A stretch of DNA of 63,060 bases, counting the filler, from Octopus bimaculoides (Eukaryota), in assembly GCF_001194135.2 (NCBI RefSeq). It is 5 parts of 3 records of this genome, joined end to end, with 100 filler letters (N's around TTAATTAATTAA, not from the genome) between each part and the next. Parts side by side here need not be neighbours in the genome. Positions count along the whole stretch, not along the records: positions 24,132 to 39,027 come from NC_068981.1; positions 39,128 to 59,365 come from NC_068981.1; 3 more parts are not named here. One strand, written 5' to 3'. Every line of letters begins with the position of its first letter. Position 1 is the stretch's first letter. Positions 36,701-48,073 of this stretch are shown here, piece by piece. The position numbers and the translations under genes are program-made. Below the pieces are notes generated by a model. It searched no databases. It saw only the letters and a list, made by a program, of their open reading frames with translations, and was not told the DNA's origin.

Positions 36701-37338
36701 TTGGGTCATCCCATAAACAATGCGTTTTTTTCAATTGCATGAACTAAAGGTCGGAGGGGAAGGGGATAAACTATCTGCATCAACTTGTTATAAAAGCAGG
36801 TAGTAATTTTACCTTAAACGTATTCTTAGTGCAAGTTCTGAAGAGTGCAGTTCGATTTTAAGTTCTTTTGTCAATGCTTTAATGGAAGTCACAAAGGAGC
36901 ATATTCGGCATATTTTGCTTTATGAGTTCAATAAAAGCAACAATTCAACAGAAAGTGCGAGGAATATCAATGCAGTATATGGGGATCGGACAATAAGCGT
37001 AAGCCAGTAGCAACGGTGCTTCCAGAAATTCCGAGCCGAATATTACAGCCTAGAAGACGAGCTTCGTCCTTGAAAATCTGTAGAACTTGACATGGACGTC
37101 CTGCAAATCCTGGTGAAACACAATCCCAACGTAACTGTCGAGGAACTAGCAGAGAAGCTTGGATTTGGTCATTCAACCATTCGTCGACTCCTGCGCTAGA
37201 AGAAAAATGACCATCTTTGGTTTCAAGACGAAAGGTGTTCTTCCATCAGGATAATGCTCGGCCACATACAACGAGGATGACATTCCAAAGGCTGGAGCAG
37301 TTTCATTGGGAAATGATGCCCCATCCACAATATATGCC
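36701..37338 (+). mobile_element. Mariner (DD34D-type) relic with left TIR, internal deletion and 3' truncation
   Basis: Starts ttgggtcatcccataa. ATG 36882: MEVTKEHIRHILLYEFNK...NPNVTVEELAEKLGFGHSTIRR // FHQDNARPHT...HWEMMPHP. Confidence 0.88.
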
Positions 37339-38416
37339 GCTCCCACTCCTATATGCTAGAAATAGATGCCGAATCATCTAACCACGAAAAAAATATGTTC
37401 TCAGTAAAAATTTAGCGACACTCGGCATCTTTTTCTAGCATATAGGAATCCACTTTTGCTGGTCATTCCTCTTATTTTTGTATGTAATATAATTTTAATC
37501 TTCGGATTTTTTTAATATGCTAGACCACTGGTTTTAATTGATTAATTTCAATTTCTACCCTCATTAATAAATTTTAAATAATGATGTTCTCAAACCAGTA
37601 AATTAGCTGCAAAAATTTATTAACTGCAGAATTATTTCCGGACTTAGCGCGCCAGATTGAAGACATTTAAAAGGATACACTGAATGTAATTGTAGAACTC
37701 TACACGTGCTCCCTTTCGGGTGGACGTCTTGTGTCTAGTTCTGGAAATTATATTTCATTAATCGACAGACTACGCTGATGATCCTGCAGATATTTACTTT
37801 TTTTATTTAGTATTTTTTCATTTGTCTTGCCCTTTTACAGTCTGTGTCGCTAAACTTTTACTGGGAACATATTTTTTCGTGGTTAGATGATTCGGCATCT
37901 ATTTCTAGCATATAGGAGTCCACTTTTGCTGGTCATTCCTCTTATTTTTGTATGTAATATAATTTTAATCTTCAGATTTTTTTAATATGCTAGACCACTG
38001 GTTTTAATTGATTAATATCAATTTCTACCCTCATTAATAAATATTTATGTATATATAAATAATTACGATAAATAGATAATAGCATTTTAATACATGCTAT
38101 AAGTGTTTCAACAGTGTACCAAATTATTTCCACTTAACGTATTACATCATTATTATTATTATACATGCAAGTTAATCATATATAATAACACTGATATAAT
38201 ACATTAGGTGCAGATAAATTGCCGTTATTGAAACATATGTAGCATGTATTAAACTGTCGTTATCTTTTAATATTCATTCATTATATCTTCAGTGAATATT
38301 GTCACAGAGACTGCAGTTGTGGAACAAGTGATAAATTTAGTAACTGGATGATGAATTCTCAGTGCTACTTCAATGTAGCCAAATACACGCTACATTATAT
38401 ATTATATATTTGTGTT

Positions 38417-38512
<96 letters not shown>
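38417..38512. repeat. (TG)n microsatellite
   Basis: Direct reading. Confidence 0.95.
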
Positions 38513-38515
<3 letters not shown>

Positions 38516-39144
38516 TTGCGTAAGGGAGCCTAGCTGTGAGAGAGATAAGAATGGAAACACATTCTTCTATGTTTTTTGATGTGAATATATTAAATGGAAG
38601 AGTTTTATGACAGCTTTTCACATACGTTTTAACGCTTCCCAGAGGCGTTCTCTGGGAAGAGTATTCAGCCGATATATATATTTACCCATTGGCTGAAATG
38701 CTTATTGTCCCTTTGACTCCTCGTCATTGATTATACAATATACTTTTTATGCCTAACTCAGCATGAGTTAGAAGGACTGACACTCGATATCATGGTATGT
38801 ACGTACTTCACAGGTTTCACCATAATTAGTTTAATGAAGGAACTTTTCGCCAACAGAACTCAACGAGTGTTTGTGCATATCATGAAATATTTTGGTCTAC
38901 CACATTAAACGGAAAGAATTGCGTGTAATCCTACTTCACACATATACACATGTACATATACTTACACACATACATCCATAAATAGATACACATTTACGTG
39001 TGTATATATATATATATATATATATATNNNNNNNNNNNNNNNNNNNNNNNNNNNNNNNNNNNNNNNNNNNNTTAATTAATTAANNNNNNNNNNNNNNNNN
39101 NNNNNNNNNNNNNNNNNNNNNNNNNNNATTCTTGTTTAAGAATA

Positions 39145-39186
<42 letters not shown>

Positions 39187-39192
<6 letters not shown>

Positions 39193-39465
39193 TGGCACAT
39201 AAAATACACCATTTTGAGCATGGCCGTTGCCAGTACTGCCTGACTGGCCTTCGTGCCGGTGGCATGTAAAAGCACCCACTACACTCTCTGAGTGGTTGGC
39301 GTTAGGAAGGGCATCCAGCTCTAGAAACTCTGCCAAATCAGATTGGAGCCTGGTGTAGCCATCCGGTTTCACCAGGCTCCAGTCTGATTTAGCTTGGTTT
39401 CTATAGCTGGATGCTCTTCCTAACACCAACCACTTTAAAATGTGTGCTGTGTGCTCTTTATGTAG
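39187..39465. mobile_element. RTE 3'UTR chimera: sense B1 copy joined to an antisense copy
   Basis: Strand switch at caccag (39370-39375). Confidence 0.8.
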
Positions 39466-39894
39466 CACTGATAAGGACACTTTTTACATCGTACCAGTAT
39501 GGCTAACACACACATATATCATCATCATCATCATCATCATCAGTTTAAGTCCCTGTTCAAATGCTGGATTATTTTACAGGATCACATGAGCTACAGGACA
39601 ACGCTGAGCTCTTATAACAGCTTTGGCATAGTTACTATGGCTGGATGCCCTTCCTAATGCCAGTCACTTCACTGTGTGTATAGGGTGGTTTTATCGTAGC
39701 AGTGACACTAATGAGATCATTGAGTAACTTGCATGACAAGAAAAGAAAAGGACCACTCAACATGGTGGATGTGTATATGAGAGATGGGGCAGTGGCTTTA
39801 TGCTAGGTGCTGAAGGCTAAAGTATGATAGATGGACAAGCATAGGTATCTTGCTAGAGAGGTGTGGACATTAAATGATGATGATGGTGATGATG

Positions 39895-40032
39895 TACTTA
39901 AATTATTCTCAACCACATGGCCCTGGGTTCACCATGGGTAAGTCTTTATGATGTCACTATAGCCTTGAGCCAATCAAAGTCTTGTGAGTGGATTTGGTAG
40001 ATAGAAACTGAAAGGAGCCCACCATTTATATA

Positions 40033-40068
<36 letters not shown>

Positions 40069-40268
40069 TGTACATGTATTTGTGTGTCTGTGTTTGTCGC
40101 CCCACCATTACTTGACAACCAATGAGGTTGTGTTTACGTCCCTGTAATCTAGCAGTTCAGCAAAAGAGACTGATAGAATAAGTACCAGGCTTACAAAGAA
40201 TAAGTCCTGGGGTCGATTTGTTTGAATGAAGGTGGTGCTCCAGCATGGCCGCAGTCAAACGACTGAAA
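39895..40268 (+). mobile_element. Family A SINE, ungapped, 5'-degenerate
   Basis: Head remnant, internal (TA)(TATG)n, full second half. Confidence 0.85.
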
Positions 40269-41276
40269 CATGTAAAAGAATAAAAGAATATAATAATGCT
40301 GACATTTTGGTATTAAAATTTGGTGATCCATGAGAGGAATGTTGTAGATGCAACTTAAATTTTTAGCAGGTCATTAGCATATAGCAATTTTACCTAGAAA
40401 TTAAAGGTTTGAGCAGAAAGTAGAATAACTTTTTCTGAAACCATGGTGTTTGTAGTATAATTTATCATACATTTATGGAAACTTTACAAGATTTGCCAAG
40501 CTAAAATGTGTTTAGAAAGTTTGAAAAAGTGCTAGTGTGCAAATGGGTAGCTAGTTATTCAAGTCATTAATAACCTTTACATCTGAGTGAAAAATGTAAT
40601 TTTTAACGTTTTATTTTTTAAAAACTCCAGTAATATTATTAGAATATTAAATAAAAAGGCTTAGTTATAAAATGTAATTATGTTTGATGCAAGCAATGAT
40701 TTTTCATTATATACAGGAGATATTTCACTCTTCAGACGAACATATAATTAGATAGTGGGAGTTATTGACATCATAACGACGTATGTTATGTAAATCCCTT
40801 TAACATATTGACCAAATAACTTTACAGAATATTGAACTTTACAGACTTTTTCTTCTTGTTTGTGCTTTGTCTGTATGTAGAACCACATTGTCCAATGACT
40901 TCTTCCCTTTTTAAGGAAGTAGAATTTAATTTGAAGAAGATTTGGCTGTTATTTCTATTAGTTCAAGCAACTATATAGGGGTTTCGTTATTGGTGCCAAA
41001 AGCTTCTTTTTGTCCTCAAATTTTGTCATAGAATAAATTGAGTACTGTGAGTATTCTAGTTAAACATAACCAAATTTTTTGTAGATGAACAAGATGGCAA
41101 CATATTTATGTCTTTCTTCTGTTAAGAATGTTTATGTTCAGTGTAGTGGTTTATTTTGCAATATGTCCATGTCCATCTAGCTTTTCAGTATATTAAAAAC
41201 AAAAAGTTTATTGAATATATTTTTGTAACTTTTGAAGATGATAGCGCCAAATGATAGCTGCAAACTCTTTCTGAAG

Positions 41277-41314
<38 letters not shown>

Positions 41315-42437
41315 TGTGTGTGTTTGTGCGTGCGTGTGTTCTACCACATCAAATAGCAGTTATATGTTCTTGCTCATTAATATCTACCAGCCTCAGTTCC
41401 TCAGCTTTCCTTTCATCAGATATTAGTGGATATTTCTAACAAAAAAAAGGAAAGAAAGAGTTACGTTTTATGTGTGAAAATTTGAAAATTACCTTTAAAT
41501 TTCAATCAAATCATATGGCATAATCACTGCAACCTTCAGTTAAAAAATATAACATTTATCATATGATTTATATTTTCTACTCATCAACTTCATTTCCAAA
41601 GACTCATGCCAAACTAGCTTGTCATTCCTCTATACACCCTATATTTTATCACAGGAAAGGTGAATGATATAATTAATATACAAATGTATAAACGTTTTGA
41701 AAAGTAAATGAAAGAATAAATGTGTATATAAATAAATGAGAAAGAAAAAAAATGTAGGAATAAAAAAATCATAACATATCAGAAAATATTTTGTGATGTA
41801 TCAAAGTTAATTTTCGCTTTTACAAAATTTTATGATGTGGTTTGATGTAAGGTAATTTACAGCTTGTAAATTTACAGAAATGATATCAAAGGAACTATAA
41901 TAAAGCATTCAGAATTTCAGCAGTGACCTATCTTATAACATTGAGATCAGTCCTTCTTAAAGAAATGAATACTTCTATATAAAATCAAATACTGCTATAA
42001 AATTTGGTAGAAAACTTTCTTTACATGATTTTTTTATATGGTTTATTTGATTCAGAGTGGTACAATAGCCATGTTGATACATCAATATACTACCAGCTTA
42101 TAGGTATTGGTTTCATATCCACTGCAGACTTTTTTTCAAATTGTTTAGTCTGGGTCCAATCAGAACAAAGAGTCATATAGTGATGGATATTCCAGCTATG
42201 AACATTCTGGGATATTTTTAAGGGCCATATTAGGGCTGTATTACTTCATATTATTAAAAAATGATGTGGCTTCTAAGTTGAACACCCTCATAGAATCTCC
42301 ATTGTTCCAAGTATTTTGTTGCATTTTAGTTATTCCACTTAATTCTCTAGTTTGCCATTCACCTGTTGCATAAGGATATGTTATATATCATCAGGTAAAA
42401 TTATCTACTGCAGATTAGCCATTATAGTGGTAGAACC

Positions 42438-42472
<35 letters not shown>

Positions 42473-43184
42473 TAGAATGAGAAAGAAAGAAAGAAATAGA
42501 TAAAGAAAGGGAGAGCGTACCTAATGGCCAGATAGGAGTACACCTGTAAGTGTTTTTATGTCAATCAGTTAAGTCACTGCATGTGATCTAGAATGCACAT
42601 AAAGGATGAAAGTTGGATTTTTAAAAAAATGTGTGAAACAATCCAAGCAAAAGGATTTGTAGATGAAATGGCAGAAGAAGAGCTAGGAAGAAGTGGTGAT
42701 GTCTGATCTAAGTGATTTCAGAATCTTATGGAAAAGAAAACAAAGAATTTTGAGAAACTGAGAGGGGACATGCTGGAGCAAACATCATTAACTGATGCCA
42801 GGGCAAAAAAGTAGATGATGATGATGATGATAAGATGGAGGAGGAAGGAAAAGAGAAAAATCCTGATGATCTTTATCTGTATTTTCATACAAAATTTCTT
42901 ATAAAATTTGTGGTTATAACTTATATAACAACTGAAGGCTTCATGGTTGCCCATATGTTATTTACACTTTTCTCTCGAAAGGGCTGCTGGTTTCTATGAT
43001 GGCTCTGTCTTTGTTGATGAGAACCATCATCATGATCCTTATAATGCTGCTGCTACTATTGATGATGATGATGAAGATGATGATAACCTATGTAAAAGTA
43101 ATGAAGTGGAGAATTACTGGTCAATTTCTTGTCTACCCGCTGATGTGGAAGTTGATGACAAGAATAATACCTATCCCGGAGTGG

Positions 43185-43333
43185 TTAACGTTAGAAAGGG
43201 TATCCAGCTGTAGAAACTCTGCCAAATCAGTTTGGAGCCTGGTGTAGCCATCGGGTTTCACCAGTCCTCAGTCAAATCGTCCAACCCATGCTAGCATGGA
43301 AAGCGGACGTTAAACGACGACGATGATGATGAT
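43185..43333 (+). mobile_element. RTE LINE 3'UTR (B1)
   Basis: B1 consensus with (gat) tail. Confidence 0.88.
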
Positions 43334-43334
43334 G

Positions 43335-44325
43335 TGTGTATGACTTTCTTGAAGTGAATGACAAGCTGCCCCGTGGAAGAGAAGAGATGCAGGAAGAAAA
43401 ACTGAAGGACAATAGATCAACTTCTGACAGAGTGGCACTGAATGATTGTAAAAAAATAGGAACATACTAATCTAGGTATGGTGTGGATTGATTAGAAAAA
43501 AGCTAGTGACATGGTACCCCATTCCTGGATTTTAGAAAGTATTGAGTTAGTACAGGTGTGTGATAATTTTGAATTATATCAGGGGATCAATGAAGTATTG
43601 GAACATAGAGTTAACATCATGTGGACAATTTTTTGTGAGGGTTAACATCTGGAGAGGCATATTTCAGAGAGATAGTCTGTCAACATTGCTGGTTGTGATT
43701 TGTATGAACCCCCTCACACAAATACGGAAAGTAGCATCAGGGTACACCTTGAAAAGTAGAAGAAATGTAAATTACCTGTTGTATAAGGATGACTTAAAGA
43801 TCTTCTGTACAAGTGAGCATGAGATAAATCATTTGGCTTCAACAGTGCAGATATCCAGTAAGGATAATGGGATGAAATTTGGAATTAATGTGTGGTGTCC
43901 TGATCATAAAGAAAGGGAAAGTAATGTCTTCTGATGGTGTATAACTGCTTAACGTAAGAGAATGAAGGATGCTCAGGTGAACAGAAACAGACATTTGAGT
44001 ATTTTGGAGCACAGCAAAATCAAATAGAGTTAGATGAAGGAAAGTGTTAGATGAAAGTATTTCAGGAGAACCAGATTAATTGTAAGGGTAGTCTCAATGG
44101 AAAGAAAAAGATCAGGCTAATGAATATATGGGTTGTTTCGTTAGAGTGCAATGGTGCAAGGGTTGTTAGTAGGACAAAGAATGAGCTCGAGGAAATGAAT
44201 AGAAAGACCAGGAAAATGATAACAATGAACAAGGAACTGCACCCTAAATGCAATATCAGTAGACTGTATGTACCTAGGTACAAGGGAGGGATAGATCTCA
44301 TTGGATGTAAGATCTGGACTGTCAA
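43335..44325 (+). pseudogene. Dong/R4-clade non-LTR RT relic (copy 1)
   Basis: TNLGMVWID.KK..DMVPHSWILE...RGIFQRDSLSTLL...NYLLYKDDLKIF...GMKFG...MITMNKELHPKCNISRLYVPRYKGG. Confidence 0.8.
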
Positions 44326-44334
44326 AGAAGACAG

Positions 44335-45400
44335 CCATTTATTATGATCAATTCCTCTCCACTTCATATTCCTTTTTGCAGTATCTTTGAATCTCAGTCT
44401 AGGTTTTCCATGGCTTCTATTCCCTTGCATAATCGGGAGTAGAGGATTTATCTGGGGAGTCTGTTGTTGTCCACCCTGTGTGCGTGACCAAACCAACATA
44501 AATTTTTATCATAAGAGACAGAGCAGCATGTCATAGGATCTCTTCATTCCTGATCTTGTCAAAGAGAGTGATATTCCTAATTCATTGCAGCTGTCTCATG
44601 ATATATGCATGTAACTTGTTTACTTCAGCTTTATAGACTGTCCTGGTTTCAGTTCTATACAGCAGGGAAGAAAACATTATAGCCTGATATACCTTACATT
44701 TGACATATATAGAAACATACCTATTTTTCTACAGCCTCTCTTACAGCCTGCCAAATGAAGCACTAACTCTGCTTATTCTGTATGTGATTTCCTGGTCCTG
44801 TCGTGCATTATCTGAGATGGTGCCTCATAGGTATTTAAATGCTTTTCACTGGGCTAGCCTTTCATGTCTAATAGTGATATTTACTTCCGTTACAGGAGCA
44901 GTTAAATTCTCCACAGCTTGGTAAAGGCATTTGGTCTTTGTTAATCTTTAATCTGAACTGTTGTGCAGCTCTGGTAAAGTTATCTACCAGTTTCTGCATA
45001 TTTTCAGTGCTGTGGGCAACCAGCACACTATCGTTAGCAGACAACATCTTTCGCATTAGTGCCTTTGTCGTTTTGTGTCCTGGCTTTATACCATGCAGCA
45101 TTGAACGGATCAACATCAGGTCATGCCTAGATGTAAATCCCCACCTTCAAGTCCCTCAAAGACAATTTTGATCAAGTTAACGAACTTTTGAGGACATCCA
45201 TGTTTCTTAAGAACCACCCAAAGTCTACCACAGGATATGGTGTTGAAAGCCTTTGAGAAGTCTATGAACACTGCATACATAGGCATAATCTGTTCAATGC
45301 ATTTTCCTTGAATTTGGCAAAAATAGAGGATCATGACCACAATGCTTCTGCTGCAACAGAAGCCACAGTGAGTCTCAGGCAAGGCATATGAACAGATACA
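44335..45400 (-). pseudogene. RTE-BovB RT relic
   Basis: PETHCGF...AVFIDFSKAFNTIS.GRLW.VL.K.GCPQKFVNLI; KVYQAIMFSSLLY.TET; HGKPRLRFKDTAKRNMK. Confidence 0.85.
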
Positions 45401-45636
45401 CTCTTCGTTTTTTAGATTTTTGTTTAACCCATTTTTTTATGCATGTATGTATGTATANNNNNNNNNNNNNNNNNNNNNNNNNNNNNNNNNNNNNNNNNNN
45501 NNNNNNNNNNTATATATATATATATATATATATATATTTCCTGTATATGTCCATATATTTATATATATGATTTACTTAAGCTGATTCTGCTAAGCACATC
45601 CTGCACTTGTTCTTTAAAAGAAACCATGCTAAGATT

Positions 45637-45680
<44 letters not shown>

Positions 45681-45949
45681 CTCTCTCACACACACACACA
45701 ACTGCTGTTGTTGCCATTGTGATAACAACCCCAGTTTGTACATATTTATTTGCATACTAAATCACTTTAAAACAGTAATCCAGTTTCTTTCAAACACTAT
45801 AATGATATTATGCATATGTTTATTGGCATAAATACCCAGAAATAAGTAAAAATGCATGATAAATCATTATTCAATAAAATATATTTAAAGGAAATAACTC
45901 ATAAAAGTTTACTAGTTAAGCCGAGTTAGGTCACTTATAGGCCCTCCTT

Positions 45950-47310
45950 ATTTAACCACTTTTAGCCATTTTTCAAACTATGCATGAATGCATAGTTTGA
46001 AGAATAACTCCAACATCTTGAAGGTTATCTCTCTTAAGTTCAGTGTAATGACTTAGCTTAAATGTTATCAATAATCTGTCTTTTGCATGTTGTTTATATT
46101 CTGAAGCTAACTGATTTTGAGACATTATAATTTCTTGAGAAAGTCTATGGCACCACAGATGTGAAATTTTGTCACTTAATTGGTTGGATTTTTTTTCTTT
46201 ATTTGAAGACTGGTGAGTCATAATTAATATTTGTTCTCTTCATTTACTTCGTTATTTCCCTCTGGAAAGGTTTCATTGTCAGTTTGAAGAAATTATTCCT
46301 CCTCACCCATTTTTCTTCTTTTATGCTGAGTCTTCTTTGTGATTCCACCCTCTCTGCTTCTCCTTTCAGGTTATCATTTTCATCTGTAATTATTATCTCT
46401 TTCTCATTACTCGATAACAGTGTGGTACAACTGTTTGGTAATGTTAAGGAACAAGGCGTTAGCTCATCTATTTGTAATAATGGGCAATATGATATTCCAT
46501 TTGCCACCCCAAAATTGCAGCTAGTGGTGCTCTAGAGACCGTGGTTTTTTTTTTTTTGCCATTGCAGTCAATTTACATTATTTTTTAAACTTTACCATTC
46601 TTCCAGGCATTCAACTTTGAGGTTAGTTTTGCCAATGTAGCAGCTAGGCATTCTGTCTTCTATCATTAATCTCACGCCTATTATACTGGTACCTTCCAAT
46701 ATGGCCATGTAGCTTGTGGGGATTATAAGGACTTGCAAAGCCATTTTTATGTCCCTTGCTTACATGTCTTCTTTTGTTAGCCCAGCTTTTTCTTCTCTCC
46801 CACGTTATGATACAAAAGTAATGACACACCACAAATCTAGATAATTTCTAATGTCTCTTATCATTCGTTTATTTCTTTGACCCATGTAGTAGAGTTCAAA
46901 TGTAGAGCCAGAATATTATATGACAATTTCCACTCCTGTTTAATCTAAGTCTTCAATTTTGAAGATACAGCAAATAGTGCCATAACTTTAACCTTTTAGA
47001 TTTGGAGGAACTTTTCCTTATATGCCCAGGAAATATTGTTGTACTCTTTGATAAGAGGGAAGATTTATGATTCTTTGACCCTTTATAGAGGCATATAAAT
47101 TTTCTCTTATCCCTTTCCTGAATGATCTCCCGTGGCAAAGAAATGCTGTTCAGTTTTACGAAATTCTCACACGTTTTATTTTTGTAACGGTGAGAGGTCT
47201 AGAACTCTCACTTGTTCAGATTGTTCAGAAGTGAAGTTTCATTTTAACACAGCTGAATAGACCAGAGCATCTAACTCTGTGTAAACATCGCAATTGCTAC
47301 TGCCATTTGT
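45950..47310 (-). pseudogene. Possible LINE ORF1 (gag-like) relic with degenerate zinc knuckle
   Basis: Long minus-strand stretches with few stops. IEDRMPSCYIGKTNLKVEC (~46606-46660) resembles CX2CX4HX4C. Confidence 0.4.
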
Positions 47311-47320
47311 ATGACTGTCT

Positions 47321-47935
47321 CTTGGATCGCTTGGATAACTTGGATTGACCAGGCTGTCTAATGCTGAGTCAGCTCTGCTGGCCACAGCATCTGCTCCATC
47401 CCCCGTGTGCTCTCACCATTCTCCTCCACATTGTTCTGAACAGCTTTCTTAAACTGTCTCTCTGCCTGATTGGAGGTCTTCCAAGTGGTCTATTCAGAAC
47501 ACTGTCAAGGGAACAGGGAGGGATCAGAAAGAAGTACAACACTACAGATCATTTATTTATTCTAATGCAGTGGCTGGAACGTGCAAGAGAGTACTAGTTG
47601 CCTCTGTGCATTGCATTCATTGATTATGAAAAAGCCTTAAACAGTGTTGAAATCAACGCAGTACTGCAAGCTCTCAGGAAACAAGGTGTGATGATACATT
47701 ATGTCATCCTCCTTGGGGAAGCAAATACTGGCTGCACAACAAATGTGGCCCTGTTATCCTCACCAGTGAATGGTGTCAAGCAAGGAGACACCATCTCTCT
47801 TAAACTTTTCCCAGCATGTCGCGAGATGGTCTCGAGCATGGTCTCACAGCATGTCTCAAGATGGATATGAGCTGGAACGGAGGCATAAGGATAAACAAAG
47901 AACTGCTCACCCATCTAAGAGACATTGTTTACCTA
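47321..47935. pseudogene. RTE LINE copy with internal inversion
   Basis: Minus strand 47321-47484 gives GRPP.RQRDSL.K plus an (ATCCAAG)x3 tail. Plus strand ~47495-47935 gives LSREQGG.RK...TTDHLF...PLCIAFIDYEKA.NSVE...GVKQGDTIS.KLF...LTHLR. Confidence 0.75.
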
Positions 47936-48041
47936 ACATCGAGGTCTCATTCTTTTGTTGTTGCTTATTATTATTTGTCATTATCTTCATCACCATTGTC
48001 TGCTTTCCATGTTGGCATGGGTTGGACATTATTTATATATA

Positions 48042-48073
<32 letters not shown>

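Noticed and set aside
35418-36747. Long ORFs in the track (also 1464-2042, 3915-4863, 26551-27264, 29594-30553, 47955-48673, 53849-54490)
   Set aside because: They stay open only because they run through N gaps or dinucleotide tracts.
38753-38771. 8-bp perfect hairpin ctaactca-gca-tgagttag
   Set aside because: Short enough to occur by chance in 63 kb and has no supporting context.
42056-42103. Candidate 48-nt symmetric exon (cag|...WYNSHVDTSIYYQLI..|gtattg)
   Set aside because: The splice signals are plausible but the peptide is unrecognised and there are no partner exons. RNA-seq would be needed.
42600-43150. Acidic peptides (KGFVDEMAEEELG; DDDDEDDD) suggesting a pogo/Tigger C-terminus or an exon
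   Set aside because: Too degenerate and partly (GAT)n-derived to assign.
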